The notes under the pieces are model-generated. The model was given only the letters and a program-made list of their open reading frames with translations. It searched no databases and had not been told where the DNA came from. DNA of 64,000 bases from Paraspadella gotoi (Eukaryota; Animalia; Chaetognatha), in the NCBI GenBank assembly GCA_051294375.1, contig CM119264.1, positions 21,795,582-21,859,581 on the forward strand, written 5' to 3'. This document shows, piece after piece, positions 54,868 to 64,000 of the stretch. The position numbers were made by a program, and so were the translations under genes. Numbering within the stretch: the first letter of the stretch is position 1; every line of letters begins with the position of its first letter.

Positions 54868-55785
54868 CTGGGTTGGCAAAAACCTGGGTTTTTTTGGGGT
54901 TTTTTTGGGGGGTTTTATTGGGTTTTTTTTAAATTATAGAATATAGATAGCAGACTGTCATATTAATTCTTTTTAATATACAAATTTAAAATATTTATAC
55001 TTCTTAAGTGATTACTGATAAAAATATATAAAAATATACTGATTATATTTAATAATAGTATTAATTAATTAATATTTTTTATGGTAAAGAGAAATGTAAT
55101 AAATATAAATATTATATTTTCTAAATAAAACCTGTTACGAAAAAAGTGTATAAACTTAATTTTATTAGAAAAATTGGGCTAAAAATAAATTTTGATGTTC
55201 AAATACAATATTTGAGTTAATAAAATATTAAGGCGTTTAATTAAGCTAAGATTTTTTCCTGACGTCAATATATTATTTTCCTGCATTCTCGTTACTTTAC
55301 TCCTGGTTAGGATACCTTTTCAGAGAATTCTTTAACGTGTGACAAATATTCAAATATATAATTATATTGAAGTTTATTTTTTTCTGATAAATAGCTTTAA
55401 AAGAACCCTAACCTTGTGTTAAATAATAACGAAAGACTAGCAATCATTTTTAATGTGTTGCTCTTAACATAATTTGCGATTCATGATTAGAATTACTTAA
55501 TATAAGGAAAATGGTAGAGAAGCCAGCAACGAAAGTAATCCTGATGTAAAACATAGGTTTAGGGTTATTTTTTATCATTAAATTATATATTAAGCTTTGT
55601 AAAAATGATAGAACTGATATGATTTAAATTTTTGCTTCAACAATTTAATGTTTCATATTAAAAAATTTAAGTAATTTAAAAAAAAACAAAAAACCCCAAA
55701 AAAACCACTTTTTAGTAGGTTTTTTTGGTTTTTTTTAGCTGGGTTTTTAAAATTTTTTTGGGTGTGTTTTTTAATGCCAACCCTG
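54868..55785. mobile_element. hAT-type MITE (918 bp)
   Basis: TIRs CTGGGTTGGCA / TGCCAACCCTG, perfect 8-bp TSD ATCAGTAG (54860-54867 and 55786-55793), and subterminal GGGTTTTTT repeats. Confidence 0.9.
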
Positions 55786-55862
55786 ATCAGTAGTGTGAAA
55801 GAAACATTTAGATTTTCATTTTCAGAAAACGAATTTTCTCTTAAACTGATTCGGTCTAAGAA

Positions 55863-58800
55863 TTATTTTTCTTTAGTTGATTCGGTTGGTTTTGGAATGA
55901 AGAGGGGCTGAATGTGCGGCGCTTTGAAAGAAGAGTAAGGGGACGCCGGGACGCCGACGATGAAGAAAGGGGCCTCCTTCACAAAGAGGCGCCAAGATGA
56001 CTTATGTAGCCCTCGAACGTCAAGATCCCATATGCGCAGACATTTGGCGACCGATTTCCAAGTCTCAAAATCGCCCTCATGCCGCATAACGATGTACAAG
56101 ACGCGAGGACGCCTCTTAACGGCGGGGTTGACTGTAGCGGTGGTGAAGAAGACTTCCAAAGAAATATTGCAAGGATTGCGAGCGTGATCGAGCGGAAGCG
56201 AGGCTGAAAGGAGCTGACGTATTTGTTTCTCGTATTCGGTTTGAACGAGTTTGTCCAGGTCATTTAGAACGATGTGAGGCAGGGTGTTTACGGAATGCTT
56301 TTTAAAGTAAAGCTCTTGGAAGAAGGGATTCATATTGAGTCCCTTAGAACCAAAGTGATAGGTTCGCGAAACATCGGGAATAAGGCACTCGCGGCTTTTG
56401 CGGATCGCCGGTTGGCGCATCCACATGTCCCAATCCCAGAGTTTGTCAGGAGAAGGCCAATTAGGCTCTAGTTCTTCCTTTACGGTTAATAAAAAAAAGT
56501 TTCTTCAGTGCAAGGTCGCCGGTTCAAAAATATTTGTTCATACTCCATACCTACCTCAAAAATAGACCTTTTCAGAACCCAGCCCAAACCGGGCATAGTT
56601 TCGACCCTAGTAACGAGGGAGAGATCTCCACAAGTGTGGTCGTAGCCGTGATCGTTCCACGCGGACACGCAGTAAACAGTCGGGTCGGATTCGTAGATGG
56701 GAAGCAATTGTCCGAAGAAGTAAAGAGTATCAGGTGCAACATCAAGATCCTCCTCGAAGACAGCCGTATATCTGGGTAAAAACAATGAACGAGTCCGAAA
56801 CATAGGACACTCATGTAAGGAGGTAATCTCACCGAGCTTCTGGGAAAAGAGAGAAGACTGACGAAAAGGAATGTTTATAGTGCTGCGATATTCGGGCATT
56901 CTTTTCACTTAACGGCGCATGATGTATGCTCTGAGAAGAAACACATTTGTAGGACATACAAAGATATATCCTTTTAATATTCATTCATCCTAAATATGCA
57001 CTATTATGCAGTTAAGTTAAAATAAATAGTTATCTGTTAGTTTTTAACCTTTATGCCAAAGAGATTGGCGACTTGCATAGGCTCTTGGAAGTATCCGTCG
57101 ATAAAAATGACGATCTAAAAACAAATAAATATTTAAAAATAAACGAAAACCTAATAACCTCAACTACATTTTCAACCACGAGGTTCGTACTTGAGAAGCT
57201 TCGACTCCTGAAACCGCCAACAATGACCTAAGCATCCGGTAAAGATAATGCGGCCTGTTCGAAGCGATTACAATGATCGGGAGCGCCTTGACGCGTCGAG
57301 CAACCGCGGCGTCGGGTATTGGATCTGGACGGAAAGAGACTGGCGCCGGATCGGTGCAGCTGCACACGCTGCCGTATCCTTCCAAACGGTCGCAAAAAGC
57401 GCGACGACGATCGTTTTCTGCATCCTGAAACGAAAGGTAAATCCGTGGGAAAGTGATCAAAGATTTGGAGATGAAAAGAAAATTTACTTTGGCCCACTGT
57501 TGACACTCCGTCGTCGAAAAGTTCGCCAGCAGCAGTCGAACAGTAAGCGTGACGGGGCGCGCCCACTCGGCGAGAGAAGGAGATTTCGTCGCCAATTCCC
57601 CCAAATTTTTGGGAGGAGACTGTTTTTTAGTCACGAAAGCCCACATGTCTCTCCATCCTGTAATCATTTGGTGGGGTTGAATCAATAGATATCAGAATAA
57701 TTTGAGCTCCTCAATCTCATTTGCATATTGTTGTATTCTGTTTAAGCTTTGATAAATTTTTGTTCTATTGCCCTGCAGGTTTAATATTAATATTTTACAT
57801 TGATAAATGATCATGTTTGTTTGTGATTAAAATTAATAGCTATATAATTAATGATTTAATTATCATAATTATCAGTTTACAACTTTGATTATTCTTATAT
57901 TTCCAGTTTAGTCAGTTTGAACCACTATGCCCTTACTCGCTCAACACTTAGGTTTAGCAGTCATTAAGAAAGTAACATGTAATAGCTATCCTTTCACAGG
58001 TCTATACTTGAATACATTGAAAGACTAGTTCATTAGTCTTACCAAGAAGCCAGTCAAGTAGCTTTCAAACCATTGAGTCAGTAGTTTATTCTCCACTGAA
58101 CTTAAATTAACCGATGTGTATAATCAGGGTAACCATTCTCATACAGATATACCACCCTCCAGTAGTGGTGCTTCACCCTGTTTTATCAATCAGTGTTTTT
58201 TGAATTTTTACCTAAGGCTTGCGCATAACTGCTGCCAAACTCGTCCCGTAAGAGATCTTTTGCAGGTTTTTTTAGTTGAAAAGTGCCTGTAAAAATTACA
58301 TAAAAAAAACTTAAAAGCATAAGGATCGTCGCAATCGCATAAAAAAAATCTGGATTGATAACAAATATTGATACTAAAAAAATAAAAATTGAGAAAAGAA
58401 AATTAATTTATAAACAGAAAAAAAATTATATTTTGCGATTGTAAATTTAAAAAAATAAATTATTGTATAAATTATTGTCAATTGTCATTGTCAAATAAAC
58501 TGATCAGCAGATGCAGCCCTTAAGAAAAAAAATTTAAAAAAAGAAAATTAATTTATAAACAGAAAAAAAAATTTATTTTGCGATTGTCAATTAAAAAAAT
58601 TAATAAAGTACCGAAGAAAATTAAAGTTACAGTTTCTAAAAAAAAAAAACCTTTTGTCAAAAAATAAACTGATCAGCATACACAAAAAAAAATAAATAAA
58701 AACCCGATGTTGCGATTGCGATGCCTAATTTTACGAGTTTAATCCTAATTCAATTTTTTTTTAATAAAAACGCAGAGAGAGAAAGAAAAAAAAAAGAATA

Positions 58801-60529
58801 AAATCAAAAGGCAGCAGAAGCAGCAGGAGAAAAGGGAGAAAAAGAGAGAGCCCCTGCAGACTCAGAAGGCAGCAGCAGAAGCAGCAGGAAAAAAGAGAAA
58901 AAAAGAAAGAGCCCCTGCAGATTCGTTTTTTTCCCGAAGAATCAACACTGAGGAAAAGAGAGAGTGAGCTACATATAATTAAAAGAGAAAAGAGAGAGAG
59001 AAGGAAATATAAAAATAAAAGAAGAAATTTGTTTGCTTTGATAAAACGTAAACAAAACATATTTAATAACTGTCCTGACCCAATTTTAAGCACATCGATG
59101 ATAAGAAGCTGTATAGAGATTTTCAGCCTTATACACCCAAATTTAATCATAAAAAAGGCAATCTATAATTTGGAACGCCGACGACAACGACGACGCCACT
59201 TATTCGCAATATCGTCGCAAACGCTAAGCGATTGCGACAGTAAAAAACCAAAAGGTTATGAGAATAATGCTTTTACAAAACTTAAGCTTGCTTAAGAAGT
59301 GTATTCTACCTTCATCCAAAATGGCTAAGATAAGGACTCGTCCAGGAGAGATCATATTGAGAAATAAGATTAAAGCTTCGTCTTCATGGTTAGAATATGT
59401 GTCAAAGTAACGACGAGCCATGACAGCGCCAGTGGCCTGAAAAAAAAGGGGGGAAAAATGAACAAACAACGTCGGACCTATGATAATATGGCTCATTACT
59501 AAAATCAGCTAATTTGATAAGGAGAAATCTTACAAAATTTTTTCAAGTTTATAACAAGATTTTAATTAACGAAATAGTTGTTGCGGTTGGGGTAGTTACG
59601 ATGATTAATTGATTATACTAATAACGGTAGCAGTGTGTGTTGCGGCCAATATATTGCTTTTAACTATTATTTTTAGAATTATAGTTATTGGGGTGGTTAT
59701 GGTCGTTGTTAAGTCATGATAGTGGTAATTATGGTAAATGTATTGATTGAAGGCATGTTTGGTTAATGGTTAGTAGTCTTCGTGATTATAGTATGGTTAT
59801 TGTTAACATTGCATCAGATGTTATCGTTGTGCCTGTTATGGTTGATGTGGTGATAGTTGATATGTAGTTTGTTGTTTAATTAAAGATTCAAGTTCAAATA
59901 AAATATAAAAATTCCATTAATTTTTTAAAATTATAAACATCAATGATAATTAATATAAAATTGTTTTTCTGTAGCTGTTCAACTTTTCTATTTCGTAGTC
60001 TAAAACCTGATGTAAGACAACGATGTGAATGCCGCGATTAATCCTGTCTTCCAAAACGGTCTCTCCTCCAACCACCACCTCGACGATTTCTTTTGAGGAA
60101 GTGACTTTAACGTCGACAGAGCGTCGGCTCTTCGAGGGAACGATAACGTTATGACTCGAGGGTTCGTCCACCTCATTTTCCTTTTTCTTTCATGATTTTG
60201 AAATAAATGAGAAAGATTACAAATTATAATTATTATTAATTATTACACATTATTACTCAATTATCACACCTGGACGGGAATAACATCATTTTCACTTTTA
60301 ATCTTGGACCCGTTTTCCACGAGGAATAATACATTAATGACGATACTCAAAATGAACACTACCAAAAGGAGGTAACGCACGAATGCTCCTAAATTGATTA
60401 TTTAGCAATTATTTTCTTTCCCAGATACATCTGTCGTTTTTTGCCCCAGTAGGGAAAAAATATTCATTTCTGATAAACACCTGAAGCATAATATCGCCGG
60501 CGACACCGACGGCAGCAGCATACAATCAT
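55863..60529 (-). CDS. POMGNT1: Protein O-linked mannose beta-1,2-N-acetylglucosaminyltransferase 1
   Basis: Type II TM segment, [10 protein letters not shown]|[111 protein letters not shown]. Confidence 0.95.
58311..59245. mobile_element. Helentron/HINE-like non-autonomous element family D
   Basis: Subterminal inverted repeats GTCGCAATCGC (58328-58338) / GCGATTGCGAC (59228-59238) and a terminal hairpin GTCGCAA...TTGCGAC. Second copy at 61447-62510. Confidence 0.65.
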
Positions 60530-60834
60530 TGATGAAAAGGTTTTAAAGAAAGCTTGTCCCTTCCAATAACTTTCCCCTTTTCTTTGAAGTGATTTTTGAT
60601 TACGTGCATCTGAAATTATGAAGCAACCGATTTCACGGTAGCCGCAACATCTGGCATAACAGATTCGGGAAATTGAATGATTATAAATATAAACGAACAA
60701 ACAAATTAAATAAGCAAAATAATAAATCATGTAAATCTCCGAAAATAAATATATAAAACAATAGGAGCAGCAAACACGGCGATGAGAGAACGAATATAAA
60801 AAATAAAAAATATTCATTATTCGAGCTAGAGTAA

Positions 60835-63800
60835 CTAATCCAACTCATTCCCGTCGAGATAAGAATCTTCATCGGACGAAGGATCGCCGAATGTCTCATC
60901 TGTAGGTTCGGAGGGAGCGCACATTACCTTTACTTTTTTCTTCCGAAATTCTGTAGGGGCGATAAAAAAATAAATGAATTGAAAGAAATAAAAAAAATCC
61001 TAAAAGAATAGTGAAAAAATCTGAAAAAAAACGAATGATTGATTCGATAACGAATTATTTATGTAATAGTAATTGATTGATTGATTGATGTAATAGTAAT
61101 TGATTGATGTAATTGATTGATTGATGTAATTGTAATTGATTGATTGATGTAATTGATTGATTGATGTAATTGTAATTGATTGATTGATGTAATTGTAATT
61201 GATTGATGTAATTGTAATTGATTATTGACGCGATGATAACCAAATGATTGATGCGATGATAACCAAATGATTGATGCGATGATAACCAAATGATTGATGC
61301 GATGATAGTCATTCATTGATGCGATGATAGTCATTCATTGCTGCGGTGATAGTCATTCATTGCTGCTGTGATAGGCATTCATTGCTGCGGTGATAGGCAT
61401 TCATTGCTGCGGTGATAGTCATTCATTGCTGCGGTGATAGTCATTCTTATAAGCATAAGGATCGTCGCAATCGCATAAAAAAAATCTGGATTGATGACAA
61501 ATTTTGATACTAAAAAAATCACATTTGAGAAAAGAAAATTAATTTATAAAAAGAAAAAAAAAGAATAATAAATATAAAACAATAAAATTACTTATTTTCG
61601 AGTTTAATTTTTTGCAAGTGCTAAGTCTGGAGAGACATTATTGAAGGTACTTTTGTTTTACTTTTAGCCCGCATAAGCAAGCAGTTCGATCGAATGCAAC
61701 CTCTCTAAACACTGTCAACATTCCCAGACAAAAGACAAAGTAATACTTGAATCAGACTGACGAAGTGAAGTAAAGTCTAAAGTGAAGTAAAATGAAGTAA
61801 AATAAAATAATAAAGTAAATATATTTCAAAAAAAATATTATTCTAATTGATATTTAGAAAAAAAATCCACGAAAATCTCGGATAAAAATTTGGGAATAAA
61901 TGGCGATAATAAAAGTTTTTAGAGGGAAAAAATTAATCAGAGAGAAAGAGAGAGATAGAGAGAGAGAGATAGAGAGAGAAAGAAGCCAAATCATTTTCAG
62001 CAGCAGAGGCACCCAGAAAAAAAGAAAGAAATCAGAAGGCAGCAGCAGAAGCAGCAGGAGAAAAGAGAGAAAAAGAGCCCCTGCAGAGCCAGCTGCAGAC
62101 TCAAAAGGCAGCAGCAAAAGCAGCAGGAGAAAAGAGAAAAAGAATAAGCCCCTGCAGAGCCAGCTGCAGACTCGTTATTTTCCCCTATGATTATGAATCA
62201 GTTACTAGGGAAAAGAGAGAGGGAGAGAGACATGTAATTAAAATAGAAAAGAGAGAGAGAAAGAAATATGAAAATAAAAGAGAGAAAATTTGTTTGTTTT
62301 GATAAAACGTAAACAAAACATATTTAATAACTGTCCAGACTCAATTTTAAGCACATTGATGATGAGAAGCTGTATATAAATTTTCAGCTTCATACACCCA
62401 AATTTAATCATAAAAAAGGCGATCTATAATTTGGAACGCCGACAACAACGACGACGACGACGCCACTTATGCGCAAAATCGTCGCAAACATTAAGCGATT
62501 GCGACAAAAAAAATTTTCACACGGCACAAAGATGCAATACTAAATGGTTATCTACGCCCAAGCCCGTCTGGCGAGATAAAAATTAATCTTAGAAAAAATA
62601 TGAAAAAAGAGAAATTTACTCCAATAAACGAAAACAGGAAAGGACAACCAACCTGCGGACTTGGCAACGGCCAGGTGTGCAATGGTTTTGTTAAAGGCGT
62701 AGGATCCTGCCATAGGCGGTGATGCCGTCGCAGGCATTGGACGAGAGAGGGGTGAGACGTTGGCCGATAGAGAGCATCTCTCTCCCGGCAAAGGCTTCAC
62801 CTCCGCTTTTATGACCATTGCATTAACCAGATTGGCTTGCGGGGATTCCGCCTTCGTAGAATCGTCAAGGAGAAAGTCATGGCTCAATTGTACCGTCTGT
62901 GTTTCATCGTCGTTAGCCATTTCTTCCATATCGTCTTCTTTAAAACAACTATCCTTTTCCTCAATATATTTCTGAGGAGCCGGAACCGGCATCCGGTTTT
63001 CGATGCCAATGCCCGATTCGCCTTCGTCATCGCGGAGGAGGATCAGAGTGTCGATCTCGTTGGCCACAAGCCTTTCCTCCGACAAATCTGTCGACAGAAT
63101 TTCCAGCGTCGACGTCACGAGCGACGGGGAAGAGTTTGGCGTATCCAAAACTTGAAGCGGATTCTTCGGTTCCGAATTCGTTTCTTGATCCATACTAACA
63201 AACGAGTGAGACGGTATCAAAGATTTAGTTTTTTCGCCAATGTCGATGTCGACGATCAAATTGCGTCGCCTCTCGAACTCGGCTCCGCCACAAGATATGT
63301 TAAGCATTTCCTGACTGCGTTTCCACGACGAAGATACCAAGGGGACTGGCGCTAAAGACGAAGCAGTGCCGCCTGGTGAATAATCGATCCCACTTTCACT
63401 CTTAGCACGCGACAACGGAAATGGACCGAGAAGATCACAGGGAGATTTCGATCTATCGGGGCATTTCTTATTTGTCGTCGATGTCGTAGCCGTCGACCTT
63501 GTGAGTTTCGACGTGAGATCGTCGTTGTCGGGCTTCAGTTTCTCTTCCATGACCTCCCTGATGTCCGCAATACAGTCAGGTTGATCGTCGGGACATTTTG
63601 ACTCGACGAAGACAAGTTCTCTTGTTGCAACTTCGTCTTTAAAATCTGTAGACTTGCCCCACCGCTTTTCGTCTTCCGCATCGCGATCTATTCCCAACGC
63701 CCTCTTCTCTCTCTCCTCCCACAGATCTGCCCGTTCTTTGAGCCAGGGTCGTAGTTCTGTCAACACCCTCTTCATATCCTCACTTTTCTTTTTGCCAGCA

Positions 63801-64000
63801 CCGGCCTCGGGCCAATCGTTCAAAGCACCTGTCACCGATTCCTCTTGGTCGACAACATCCTCAAAAACTTCGTCTCGCGGCTCATAGGCAGCGATTTCAG
63901 GGAGATCGTTCGGGTCTACAAACGATAGCGGAGCCGCACATGGCGTATCAGGCCCTGGGAAGGTGTCGATAGAGTCGGAAGAATCCAGGACACGGCTCGC
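60835..64000 (-). CDS. Unidentified acidic, low-complexity protein (3' part; starts beyond the window)
   Basis: Open frame of more than 400 aa. A donor at ~62652 splices in phase to a last exon (~60950-60835) encoding EFRKKKVKVMCAPSEPTDETFGDPSSDEDSYLDGNELD*. Confidence 0.7.
60990..61446. repeat. Family E micro/minisatellite array (ATTG-rich plus 22-nt units)
   Basis: Tandem GATGCGATGATAACCAAATGATT-like and GCTGCGGTGATAGTCATTCATT units. Confidence 0.85.
61447..62510. mobile_element. Helentron-like family D, second copy, apparently nested in a family E element
   Basis: Same ends as 58311-59245. Flanked by the family E satellite on the left and the GTCTGGCGAGATAAAA end at ~62567-62582. Confidence 0.65.

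Noticed and set aside
57670-58200. Possible decayed LINE fragment in a POMGNT1 intron
   Set aside because: Only a vague endonuclease-like peptide interrupted by stops; not supportable without a search.

Overview
AT-rich, compact animal (invertebrate-type) genomic DNA with many short (~40-100 nt) spliceosomal introns. Gene calls come from manually spliced translations and recalled family motifs; no database search was run. The window holds 19 protein-coding loci. HS2ST (-) and MOB3 (+) are divergent. They are followed by 17 consecutive minus-strand genes from ~6 kb to the window end: AtuA-like, SLC5, TCTEX1D2, PRR13-like, CDC45, a CUB membrane protein, MOCS3, NOL8, PTGR1 x2, MPND, KIAA2013, POC1, V-ATPase B, DJ-1, POMGNT1 and an unknown acidic protein. 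Several stop-to-ATG gaps are only 58-305 nt, with acceptor-like AGs just before the ATG, which suggests operons resolved by trans-splicing. The most novel-looking signal is a ~280-nt tandem repeat in a V-ATPase B intron. It carries a twister-ribozyme fold whose P1 stem is a palindrome, making it a candidate twister-based retrozyme/circRNA element. Minimal hammerhead ribozymes in Penelope-like insertions, hAT-type MITEs, Helentron-like elements, a tRNA-derived SINE-like sequence and a 2.3-kb duplicate differing almost only by indels (possible assembly artefact) are also present.
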